A stretch of DNA of 25,105 nucleotides from Deltaproteobacteria bacterium TL4 (GCA_051382335.1 JBBCAX010000178.1:1-25105); one strand, 5' to 3'. Shown: positions 9,319 to 18,280, numbered from the stretch's first letter. The notes: generated by a model not told the origin, from the letters alone. Program-made: numbers and translations.

Positions 9319-9629
9319 GTTTTGGGGTTTCTGTTTCTGAAAAAAAAGACGAAGTCTTGCTGAAGCTCAAAAAATTACTTGAACCTTTGGAAATCACTCG
9401 TTATTACATAGATGAATGGGGGCATAGACTCTTCACTTCGATCATCGAAATTTTCAGATCCTGGTAATAAATCATCAGAACATTGAAGCACAGCTTTTGA
9501 CCTTAAGAACTCGTATTGAACGGTTGACATGGTAACTTTATTTAAAAATCTCAAAAGTAGGGTTTGCTGGTAAGTCGTTGTCGCCAGGGCTTGGGGTTAA
9601 CGTGATTTCAATGATTCGGATACACGACT
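9319..9629 (+). pseudogene. Degenerate IS1-family transposase (InsB) C-terminal relic with a possible right end
   Basis: Manual translation across two -1 frameshifts (A8 run 9340-9347, G run 9418-9422): VLGFLF/KDEVLLKLKKLLEPLEITRYYIDEWG/A*...NHQNIEAQLLTLRTRIERLT. This fits the recalled IS1 InsB pattern VLAYVFG.RKD.VF.KL..LL.PF.I..YYTD.WGAY...NTQ.IER..LTLRTRIKRL. CACGACT at 9623-9629 resembles the IS1 end CAYNACC. Confidence 0.8.
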
Positions 9630-9762
9630 AAAGAAAATCATTTAAAACCCGAACAGGATGGAACCTCGGCTCCGTCCGGGGAATAAGAACTTGAACAAAA
9701 ATGAATTTGTTTCAATGAACATCCATCAATTGAAAAACAATGAGCATAGGGAATAAGACACA

Positions 9763-10515
9763 ATGAGTGAACGAAGTTTTCTAGTGATCCATGAATTGGA
9801 TGGCATTAAAATTATCCTCAAACGTTTTATAATGGCAGAGTTTGGTAATATTATTGTGGTCGATACAAATACCATAGAGGAAGCCGCACGATATCTCCAG
9901 ATCAGAAAATTTGATCTTGTTCTGTGTGGGGGGCAAAGCGCGCAAATTCCTGGGAAGGTTCTGAGTAAAATCATGCTGACTACTTCAGAAAATAATGAAA
10001 CCCCTGTGATTATAATTACTTCGGATGATTCAAAAAGTGAGATCGAAAAGATGATTGAGTTGGGGTACCAGCATTTCATTCATACGCCCTTTAACGCAAA
10101 ACAATTATCGGACAGGATCAAGGAAGTTAATGATCCAACCAAACATCGTGCGGCTCCACGCATCAATATTCCGGATACTAAAGCCATCATTGAGTTTGAA
10201 AAAGGAGGCGCGGTGGGAACTGTCGTCAACGTGAGTATGAATGGGATTCTCTGTGAGTTTAAATATTCCAGGGAAATCCAGGGCGTTCTTCATAAGGCGC
10301 TGATTACTCTTGGTTTTCCTTCACAATACACGGCGTCACAGATCAAAAGAATTCCATGTGTCTGTTTTCGCATCAACGTCTTAGAAACAAGAACCGATCA
10401 TATTCCAGCTCGAATTCGAATCGCTTGGCAATATATTTCATTAGATGAAACGCAAGAAACTGAATTACAGAAAGTGATAGACCTGTATTTAGAAGAACAG
10501 AAAGGTTTATTATAA
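9763..10515 (+). CDS. Pseudo-receiver (REC-like) + PilZ domain protein
   Basis: REC fold pattern (FLVIHE, FDLVLCG, PVIIITS, FIHTPF) lacking the phospho-Asp and the conserved Lys. PilZ motifs RAAPR (10147-10161) and NVSMNG (10228-10245). Confidence 0.82.
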   Translation: MSERSFLVIHELDGIKIILKRFIMAEFGNIIVVDTNTIEEAARYLQIRKFDLVLCGGQSAQIPGKVLSKIMLTTSENNETPVIIITSDDSKSEIEKMIELGYQHFIHTPFNAKQLSDRIKEVNDPTKHRAAPRINIPDTKAIIEFEKGGAVGTVVNVSMNGILCEFKYSREIQGVLHKALITLGFPSQYTASQIKRIPCVCFRINVLETRTDHIPARIRIAWQYISLDETQETELQKVIDLYLEEQKGLL

Positions 10516-10559
10516 CTCCTGAGCAATTTAATGAACCGTCATGGACAAGTAATAAAACA

Positions 10560-13421
10560 ATGATTTCAAAAACATCAACACTGAGCGTTGGATCAGAGTC
10601 AAATATGCTAAATAGGAACAAGGCCACTATCATAGTTTTAGAAAAGCAATCCCCTAAGCAAAACAATATTGCTCACGATTTGAAAGATCTTGAGCTCACT
10701 ATTATGGAATTGTCTTCTGTTGACGAAATGAGCAGGGTCCCCCAAAATCCAGGGATCGTACTCATTATTTTGGCTTTTGAGTCTGAGAAAAATAAGGCAG
10801 CAGCACTTATGTTACAGTCGCGGGAGGATTTCCATGGAACGCCATTGCTCTTTGTGCAGACACAGGCGTCTTTTGAAACTCAAATGGAGGCTTTAGATTT
10901 CGAGTGGATTCCTCTGGTTGATTTCATTCCTACACCGGTGATTCCCTCTTTGCTAAAAAACAAAGTCCGCTTATTTTTGGATCGGTGGCAACAAAAGCAA
11001 TGCTTGACACCACAAACATCGGAACAGTTTACAGAGCAACGACTGAAACAAATTAACAAGATCACTCAATCCGTTATCTCAGAGCTCAATTTAAAACGAG
11101 CGACAGATGTTTTTATTGAGCAAGTCGTTAATACACTGCGTCCCGATGGCGCGGGTTCCGTGTTGTTGTATGATGAATTAATGCATCACTTAACCTTACA
11201 TGCGAGTTATGGCCTCAATCAGGAATACGCCAGAAATTTTATTATTAAGGTTTCTCCTGAAACACAGTATTCCTACGAGGTTTTTGAATCAAAGCAGTCC
11301 CAAGTCATCAATTTCAAAGATCTCCACCTCATCAACACTGAGGAAATTAAACGTCTTCACAAGGGCAGATTATTTGTACAACAATTAATTATTCCTTTGG
11401 TTTCAAGGGATAAGTGCATTGGCTTACTGAATCTTTCCCACTATGATGAAGCTTATCTCTTTTCAGAAGGTGATCTACACTTTTTAGAAAACCTGGCCTT
11501 GAGTTTATCCAATCATTTTGAAAATGCGGTGCTCTATCAGGAAAGCAACAAAAAACAGGAAGAGATCAGTCAAATCATTCAGATGTTATCGATGATGAAC
11601 CAGTCCATCGAGTGGGATGATATTATGGAGGATGTCCTGGCCCAGTTTACGGAGTGGTTCCAATTTGATGGGGTGAGTGTTTTACTGGCAAATTATGAAG
11701 ATCAGACCCTCTATTTCAAGTACAATTATGGGTTGGGTATTCCGCCCGCAGAGAAAAACACCGTTTCTGATTATGAAATTCCACTCTCCAATAGCAGTGT
11801 TTTCGGAAAAGTGATTTTGCAGTGTGACTCCATCTATCACTCAACGGCAGTGAGTACCAAGACCCTCTGGGGCTTGAATACACCGAAAATTGCTCAATAT
11901 TTTGAAGAACTGTCCTCCTCAATTGTTTTTCCTTTGAAAATTCAGGAGATCGCCATTGGTGCTGTCGCGATGTTTAATAAATCTCAAAAAGCTGAATTGA
12001 CGACAGAACAAATGCAACGTATTGAGCATCACGTTAATCAGTTTGCGGCTGCGGCGAGAACCCATCAACTTTATGAACGGAATCGACACGATCATGAAGA
12101 GTTGAAAAAAGCTTATGCCGAATTAAAAACCACAAAGTTGCTCCTTTTGGAAACAGAAAAAATCGCGGCCATGAAATCAGCGTTTGAGCGCTTTGTGCCA
12201 AAGCAGTTTTTAGACAGAATTGACTCAGAAGTTTTGGACGCAATAAGACCTGGATATACGAGAGAAGAAGTCCTTACCATTCTTTTTTCTGATATTCGTT
12301 CTTATACTTCCCTGTCCGAAACTATGAGTATCACAGAAAATTTTGGCTTCATTAATAATTACTTGAACCGTATGGAGCCTTGTATCACCAAAAACAATGG
12401 TTTTATTGACAAGTTCATTGGGGATGCCATCATGGCCTTGTTTGATAAGGAATCCTCAGCCCATGACGCTATTTGTGCCGCGATTGACATGCATCGCCAA
12501 GTGGAAGACTATAATGGTTTCAGAAAACGAAGCCAGATGGCCTCGATTCGCATTGGGGTTGGGATTAATACGGGCAAAGTGATGGCGGGTGTGATCGGTT
12601 CTGCTTTTCGTATGGATTCAACGGTAATCGGTGAATCCGTTAATCTGTCTTCACGCCTGGAAAATCTTTCCAAATTATACAAAGCCAAAATCATTATCAG
12701 CGGCTTTACTCATAGGGAAATAAAGAATGATAATTATTTGATTCGGGAGATTGATACTTTAAAGGCACGAGGCAGCGAACAACCCATGACCGTTTATGAG
12801 GTGTTTGATGCGGATGCTCCTGAAATTATTGAAAAAAAGCTAAAGACGCGGGAGTTGTTACTCCAGGGGATTGTTCAATTCAAACTCAAACTGTTCAAAG
12901 AAGCAATCCAAACTTTTTTAGCGTGCTTGAATCAGTTTCCTGATGACATAGTCCCCGTTGAGTATTTAAAACGCTGTTATTATTTGGAAAAATATCCTCC
13001 CTCAAGTAAATTCTGGGATGGTGTGATGCAGGATACGGATTATTCCGGCTTTGAATTGATAAAAAGGCGTTCTCCGCGCTTTGATTTCTACCTGCCTGTA
13101 AATCTCTATGCTTCAGGGCAAAGCTATCATTTCGCCGCCCATTCCATTAATTTATCAGAAGCAGGCATGAAAATTGAGACTCGATGTGAATTGGAATTAC
13201 AAGATACGGTCATGCTGGAGATTTATTTGGAAAAAGAGACGATAGAATCGTTTATCTCTCAGAAACCGCTTCATCTCATCACGCAAGTTGTCTGGAAAAA
13301 ACCTGCGTCAACAGAACATTCAACATCCTGGTTGTATGGTGTTGAGTTTGTGATGTTGACCGATGATGACATCCAGCTCATTAAAGAACATCTCCGTCAT
13401 TACTATAAATTGGCCTTCTAA
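10560..13421 (+). CDS. Class III adenylate/guanylate cyclase with N-terminal pseudo-receiver, two GAF domains and C-terminal PilZ
   Basis: GAF1: GSVLLYD...IIPLVSRDKCIGLLNL...FSEGDLHFLENLA...FENAVLY. GAF2: VFPLKIQEIAIGAVAM. Cyclase: LFSDIRSYT, IDKFIGDAIMALF, GVGINTG, TVIGESVNLSSRLE. PilZ: RRSPR (13065-13079), NLSEAG (13149-13166), VVW, YGVEF. Start could instead be ATG 10605. Confidence 0.9.
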   Translation: MISKTSTLSVGSESNMLNRNKATIIVLEKQSPKQNNIAHDLKDLELTIMELSSVDEMSRVPQNPGIVLIILAFESEKNKAAALMLQSREDFHGTPLLFVQTQASFETQMEALDFEWIPLVDFIPTPVIPSLLKNKVRLFLDRWQQKQCLTPQTSEQFTEQRLKQINKITQSVISELNLKRATDVFIEQVVNTLRPDGAGSVLLYDELMHHLTLHASYGLNQEYARNFIIKVSPETQYSYEVFESKQSQVINFKDLHLINTEEIKRLHKGRLFVQQLIIPLVSRDKCIGLLNLSHYDEAYLFSEGDLHFLENLALSLSNHFENAVLYQESNKKQEEISQIIQMLSMMNQSIEWDDIMEDVLAQFTEWFQFDGVSVLLANYEDQTLYFKYNYGLGIPPAEKNTVSDYEIPLSNSSVFGKVILQCDSIYHSTAVSTKTLWGLNTPKIAQYFEELSSSIVFPLKIQEIAIGAVAMFNKSQKAELTTEQMQRIEHHVNQFAAAARTHQLYERNRHDHEELKKAYAELKTTKLLLLETEKIAAMKSAFERFVPKQFLDRIDSEVLDAIRPGYTREEVLTILFSDIRSYTSLSETMSITENFGFINNYLNRMEPCITKNNGFIDKFIGDAIMALFDKESSAHDAICAAIDMHRQVEDYNGFRKRSQMASIRIGVGINTGKVMAGVIGSAFRMDSTVIGESVNLSSRLENLSKLYKAKIIISGFTHREIKNDNYLIREIDTLKARGSEQPMTVYEVFDADAPEIIEKKLKTRELLLQGIVQFKLKLFKEAIQTFLACLNQFPDDIVPVEYLKRCYYLEKYPPSSKFWDGVMQDTDYSGFELIKRRSPRFDFYLPVNLYASGQSYHFAAHSINLSEAGMKIETRCELELQDTVMLEIYLEKETIESFISQKPLHLITQVVWKKPASTEHSTSWLYGVEFVMLTDDDIQLIKEHLRHYYKLAF

Positions 13422-13466
13422 CTTTACCCGCTTTTTTCGTAACAACGCAAGTATTGTCACAACCGC

Positions 13467-13490
13467 GATTCCTGCCTTCACGGGAATGAT
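13467..13490. repeat. dRS3-like (ATTCCC-N8-GGGAAT) palindromic repeat
   Basis: GATTCCTGCCTTCACGGGAATGAT, one mismatch from ATTCCC-N8-GGGAAT. The opposite strand translates as the typical IIPVKAGI. Confidence 0.6.
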
Positions 13491-13511
13491 AAAAACAGAA
13501 GAAAGGAACTC

Positions 13512-14567
13512 ATGCAAAAAGCTTTATTGAAAAACTGTTTAGTTACAGGGGGGGCCGGTTTTTTAGGAAGAAATTTAGTAAAAGCGCTATTAAAGCAAGG
13601 CTGCCATGTTCGTGTCTTTGATCTGGTTGAACCTGATTTTTCTCATAAAAACCTTGAGTCTATTGAAGGGGATTTAAGAAATAGTGACGAAGTCTATACG
13701 GTGTGTGAGGGCATGGATACTGTTTTTCATACAGCGGCGATCATCAGCTTGATGGGAGGATCCGGAGTCACCGAGGAATATAGAAAGCGTGCTTATGCTA
13801 TTAATGTCGAAGGCACGAAAAATGTGATCAAAGGTTGTCAGAAAGCTGGTGTCTCTCGGCTGATCTATACCAGTTCTGTCAATGTTTGTTTCAATGGGAC
13901 GCCTAATCCCAATATGGATGAAAACACTTCCTATGCCACTCAGGTGTCTGATCTTTACACTGAAACTAAAATAGCTATTGAACCTGTTGTTCTTGAAGCA
14001 AACGGAGTGGACCAGTTGCTTACCTGTGTCATCCGCCCCAGTGGTATTTATGGTCCTGAACCCAATTATATGCTCGACAAGGTGGTCCAACAACTCGCAA
14101 ACGGCACCCTGATCGCAGCGTTGGGAAATCCCAGTTCTGTGCAGGATAATACGCATGTGGATAACTTGGTTCACGGCGAAATTCTGGCGGCACAACACCT
14201 TGTTCCAGGAGGAACCGCTTGTGGCAAAGTTTACTTTATTCATGACGATGAACCTCAAAACTACTTTGAGTTTTTTCGCCCGTTGATTGAAGGGCTGGGC
14301 TATCCCTTTCCCAAAGTTTGGATTCCCGGGATGCCTGTTAAAAAAGCCATGGAATTATGGCAATGGCTCCATTTTAAATTTGGAATTTTGCCTCCTCTCA
14401 TCTCCCCCAAAGAAGTTGATAAGGCCTCTGTTACTTGCTATTCCAATCTCAAAGCCGCAAGACGGGACTTAGGTTATGAGCCTATAATCACGGTTAAAGA
14501 AGCAATGAAAAGTATCATTCCTTTTTATAAAAGCCGACTTGCGGAATTTAAAACTCAAAAAATGTAG
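13512..14567 (+). CDS. 3-beta-hydroxysteroid dehydrogenase/isomerase family protein (extended SDR)
   Basis: NAD motif VTGGAGFLG, FHTAA, YTSS, catalytic YTETK (YxxxK), IRPSGIYG, ARRDLGYEP. RBS AAAGGA. Confidence 0.88.
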   Translation: MQKALLKNCLVTGGAGFLGRNLVKALLKQGCHVRVFDLVEPDFSHKNLESIEGDLRNSDEVYTVCEGMDTVFHTAAIISLMGGSGVTEEYRKRAYAINVEGTKNVIKGCQKAGVSRLIYTSSVNVCFNGTPNPNMDENTSYATQVSDLYTETKIAIEPVVLEANGVDQLLTCVIRPSGIYGPEPNYMLDKVVQQLANGTLIAALGNPSSVQDNTHVDNLVHGEILAAQHLVPGGTACGKVYFIHDDEPQNYFEFFRPLIEGLGYPFPKVWIPGMPVKKAMELWQWLHFKFGILPPLISPKEVDKASVTCYSNLKAARRDLGYEPIITVKEAMKSIIPFYKSRLAEFKTQKM

Positions 14568-14710
14568 TCTAAACCTGTCAGGATTGATTCTCAGCTTGAA
14601 AATAAGTTTAAATCAGGCACCTTTACAGACCGATCTTCTCTTGGATCTCTCTTAGAACACGATAAGTTTTCTCTGAAAATAAAAAAAAATTACTCAAGCA
14701 GGAGCCTATT

Positions 14711-16216
14711 TTGGATAAAAGCACAGGTTTTTTGGAAATTGAAAAAGACGGCGTTGCTCATCGACCTATTGAAGAAAGAGTACGAGATTTTAAGGAATAT
14801 GACCTTCATTCAACAGATCAGAAAATCTCAACTCAAGCCAATCGCTGTATGGATTGTGGGGTCCCCTTCTGTCATACGGGATGTCCCTTGGGAAATTTGA
14901 TCCCCGATTGGAATAACCTGGTCTTTCAGGGAAAATGGAAAAATGCGATTGAAGCGTTGCACTTAACCAATAATTTTCCTGAATTCACAGGTAGAATATG
15001 CCCTGCCCCCTGTGAAGATACTTGTGTGCTGAATCAGTTTTATACAAGAGATCCCGAGGAACAAAGGATCAAAAAAAATGCTATTACCATTGAAGAAATT
15101 GAAAAAAGAATCATCGAACATGCCTGGGAACAAGGCTGGGTTCAGCCTAAAATAGCAAAACACAAAACAGGTAAGAAAATTGCGATTATCGGTTCTGGCC
15201 CCTCAGGCTTAGCGGCTGCACAACAATTGGTTCGAGTGGGGCATGAAGTTACTGTTTTTGAAAAATCCTCAAAAATTGGAGGCCTCCTCCGGTATGGAAT
15301 CCCTGATTTTAAGCTGGATAAACGAGTTATTGACCGAAGATTAAGTCAAATGGCAGCCGAAGGAGTTGTCTTTCGGACGCAAGTTAATGTTGGTGTTGAT
15401 TTAACGGTCGAGGAACTCCGAAGTTCCTTTGATGCGGTCCTTTTGGCCATAGGCATTCAACAAACCAGAAAACTTAGAGTTCCTGGCGCTGAGCTCCAAG
15501 GGGTTCATTATGCGATGGAATATTTGCCTCAACAAAATCAGGTGGTTGATGGCGTGAGTATTTCCGCGGAAGAGCGGATGGATGCCAAAGATAAAAAAGT
15601 CGCGGTTTTAGGAGGCGGATTTACAGGCGCAGACTGCATTGGAACAGCGATACGCCAAGGTGCCAATAAAAGGATTCATCAGTTTGAATTGATTAACATG
15701 GCTCCTAAACCAACCCCAGTTCATGAAGAAGCGGATATGGATTGCCGGGGCAGTATCCTGACGAAAAAAATAACAGGTGAGAAGGGACAGGTCAAAGCTC
15801 TTCATGCTGTGGAATTGGAGTGGAAAAATGAAAACGGGCGTATGACCTTTTCTGAAGTTTCGGGTTCTGAGTTCACGCTGCCTGTCGATATGGTTTTATT
15901 GGCAATGGGATTTGTGGGGCCGAAAGTTGAGGGCTTATTGGAAAAACTGGGTGTCGAGCTTTCCATGCGAGGGAAAAAAGAAGCAAGTTCCCCCCAAGAG
16001 GTACTAGCCCTGCTAAAAGAAGGCGATCCCATGTACACCGTAACTGCCGATCATACCTTCATGACCAGCCAAAAAGGCATTTTTGTGGCGGGGGACGCCC
16101 GTAGAGGTGCCTCCTTGGTAGTCTGGGCAATCTGGGAGGGCAGAGAAGTCGCATGTGCCATAGATACCTACTTAATGGGAACCACCGATCTGCCAACCTC
16201 TCCGCAAGCTCTTTAA
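14711..16216 (+). CDS. gltD: Glutamate synthase small (beta) subunit
   Basis: RCMDCGVPFCHTGCP, TNNFPEFTGRICPAPCE, FAD motif IIGSGPSG, LLRYGIPDFKL, GGGFTGADC, FVAGDARRGASLVVWAIWEGR. TTG start with AGGAG RBS. Confidence 0.93.
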   Translation: MDKSTGFLEIEKDGVAHRPIEERVRDFKEYDLHSTDQKISTQANRCMDCGVPFCHTGCPLGNLIPDWNNLVFQGKWKNAIEALHLTNNFPEFTGRICPAPCEDTCVLNQFYTRDPEEQRIKKNAITIEEIEKRIIEHAWEQGWVQPKIAKHKTGKKIAIIGSGPSGLAAAQQLVRVGHEVTVFEKSSKIGGLLRYGIPDFKLDKRVIDRRLSQMAAEGVVFRTQVNVGVDLTVEELRSSFDAVLLAIGIQQTRKLRVPGAELQGVHYAMEYLPQQNQVVDGVSISAEERMDAKDKKVAVLGGGFTGADCIGTAIRQGANKRIHQFELINMAPKPTPVHEEADMDCRGSILTKKITGEKGQVKALHAVELEWKNENGRMTFSEVSGSEFTLPVDMVLLAMGFVGPKVEGLLEKLGVELSMRGKKEASSPQEVLALLKEGDPMYTVTADHTFMTSQKGIFVAGDARRGASLVVWAIWEGREVACAIDTYLMGTTDLPTSPQAL

Positions 16217-16228
16217 ACGTTAAACCTT

Positions 16229-16297
16229 CAGACCCGTTAAGCGCCGCAATTCAATCACCCTGTTTGGGTTTCTGAATTCGAAAAGTTAACAGGTCTG
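16229..16297. terminator. Long imperfect inverted repeat between convergent genes (bidirectional terminator or small repeat element)
   Basis: CAGACCCGTTAA (16229-16240) pairs with TTAACAGGTCTG (16286-16297); inner AATTCA/TGAATT and ACCC/GGGT stems. Confidence 0.45.
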
Positions 16298-16323
16298 TCT
16301 GGCAATCACGTATCAAGCGGAAT

Positions 16324-16833
16324 TCAGCCTTTTTTTTCAGCGTTCTGTTTCCTGAAATTTTTTTCCAGAAGCGTATTCAAGTCCTCCAGCATTCGGCTTT
16401 CCCGTTCCTGTAATGAAAGTTTATCACTTTCAATTTTAAGAACTTCACTCAACACGTAGAACGATATTCCCATCAGTTTACCGATATTGAAGTAAATATT
16501 AATTTCTGATTGCGCCTTTTTCTTATCAGAATAAACCGCTTTTACAAACACCTTCAACATATAATGAACCTTTGCGGTCTCAAAAATGTTGAGTTTCCAA
16601 AATTCCGGTTTTTCCTTGTTTGCAAGATACTCCCTCAATCTATCCAGTGTGATCATTGAATCATCTTCAAGGAATACTCGACAGTGTCTTTTGAGGTATT
16701 GAATCTCAGACGTCGTAACGACACCATCCGCGAGAATAATTGCTATAATTCCTTTTGCAAGCATGGCTTTCTCACCCGGGTTGAGATCGGTCATTCCTAT
16801 TTTCTTTAGGTTTTCATCTTGTAATTTATCCAT
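16324..16833 (-). CDS. TerB-family (DjlA N-terminal-like) protein
   Basis: Two ADG..E-type half-motifs: IILADGVVTTSEIQYL and AVYSDKKKAQSEINIYFNIGKLMG. Confidence 0.65.
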   Translation of the reverse strand: MDKLQDENLKKIGMTDLNPGEKAMLAKGIIAIILADGVVTTSEIQYLKRHCRVFLEDDSMITLDRLREYLANKEKPEFWKLNIFETAKVHYMLKVFVKAVYSDKKKAQSEINIYFNIGKLMGISFYVLSEVLKIESDKLSLQERESRMLEDLNTLLEKNFRKQNAEKKG

Positions 16834-17223
16834 TCTAGCCTTCTAACTGAGTTGCTTCATAAGGTTCGTGCTGTTGTGAAACCTTACCTTTCATTCCTGA
16901 GATACATCCAAGGATACTCAAACTTATACAATGCTACCAGAGTTTCAAGTTGATATCCCTTGATGAGGGTGAAGTAACGCGAAATACCCTTGATTGGAAA
17001 ATGAGCCTGGCTTTTTTAAGACATCTAATCCGCTGATGTTCTATGCTAAAGCTATTCCTCAGAGACAATCTTTTTGCGTAGTGAAATAAATCCTTTGCAT
17101 AAAATACTTGAAAGTTACGGTATAAAGTTAAGTATTGTGCCTCATAACATCGACGACGTTTCCGGTTGAGGCCTCATTACTCAAGAGTCATTGATCACTT
17201 TTGCACCACTCCACTAAAAAACT

Positions 17224-18183
17224 ATGGAACTTGAAGAAATCTTAGATCACTTGGAACGGCAGTTAGTCCTGTTAACCAGGAATAAAAACCAATTCCTTAA
17301 TATTCCTGACCTTCCTGAAGCACAGGTAGAGGCTTTAGTGGCGGGTCTTTCAAAAATTGCGCCTCAGATTCTCCAAAACGAGATTTCTGAGAAACCCGCA
17401 ACAGTGTTGAAAATGGCCTCTCAAGTGGCACACGTTCCAAACGATCCCCTCCCTCAATCTTCATCGCCGCTTCCCAATGAGGTTCTTCTTGCACGGATAC
17501 AAGGGATGAAAGACCGTTTAAGCAATCAAACGACCCCTTCCAAGACAACATCTTCCGTTAGGATAGAGTCTCCGTCAAAACCGTCGACACCTGTATCCGC
17601 AGTAAATACATTAGCTCCCCCGCCACCACATCAATGTTACTCATTGGATGAACTAGAGAACCACTATCATCTGTGCCAGCGCTGTGTTTTGGGGGCAACG
17701 CGTACGAATTTTGTTTTTGGTGCGGGGCATTTGACTCCCAGTTTGATGTTTATCGGAGAAGGACCCGGTGATCAAGAGGATCGACTAGGTCAACCTTTTG
17801 TAGGAAAAGCAGGAAAATTATTAGATAGGATGATTCAGGTCCTTGGCATCGACCGTCCCGACGTTTATATCGCCAATGTGGTCAAATGCCGTCCTCCCCA
17901 AAACCGTACCCCGGAACCCAACGAAATTGCGGAATGCCTTCCTCTGCTAAAAAGACAAATTGAATTGATCAATCCTCGTTTGATTGTGACCTTGGGGAAT
18001 GTTCCGACAAAAGCCTTAATACCCAATGCGCCAGGAATTACCAGTGCGCGAGGACGAATCTTCAAATACCAACAGTGGACTCTTCTTCCGACCTTTCATC
18101 CCTCCTATCTCCTCAGAACGCCGAGTGCCATGGAATTAGTATGGGCCGATTTTAAACAGATCAAATCGTTAGCATTTGCCTAG
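17224..18183 (+). CDS. Uracil-DNA glycosylase family 4 ([4Fe-4S]) with long N-terminal extension
   Basis: CQRCVLG, MFIGEGPG, PFVGKAGKLL, NVVKCRPP, AECLP, TFHPSYLLR. Confidence 0.92.
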   Translation: MELEEILDHLERQLVLLTRNKNQFLNIPDLPEAQVEALVAGLSKIAPQILQNEISEKPATVLKMASQVAHVPNDPLPQSSSPLPNEVLLARIQGMKDRLSNQTTPSKTTSSVRIESPSKPSTPVSAVNTLAPPPPHQCYSLDELENHYHLCQRCVLGATRTNFVFGAGHLTPSLMFIGEGPGDQEDRLGQPFVGKAGKLLDRMIQVLGIDRPDVYIANVVKCRPPQNRTPEPNEIAECLPLLKRQIELINPRLIVTLGNVPTKALIPNAPGITSARGRIFKYQQWTLLPTFHPSYLLRTPSAMELVWADFKQIKSLAFA

Positions 18184-18280
18184 CGTCGCTCATTCTCGTC
18201 TTGTGTTATTGCATCTAAGGAGATAGACCTTATGAGGTTTTATTTCGTTAAACTCTTTCACTTTTCATCACTGAACATTC

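Noticed and set aside
9648..9680. GC-rich hairpin GGATGGA/TCCGTCC upstream of the REC-PilZ gene
   Set aside because: A single 7-bp stem with no U-tract or aptamer motif; too little to call a terminator or riboswitch.
16955..16995. TGATGA...GAAA hammerhead-like core with a CCCTTGAT direct repeat 30 bp apart
   Set aside because: The core reads TTGATGA, not CTGATGA, and stem II does not pair. An 8-bp repeat alone is not significant.
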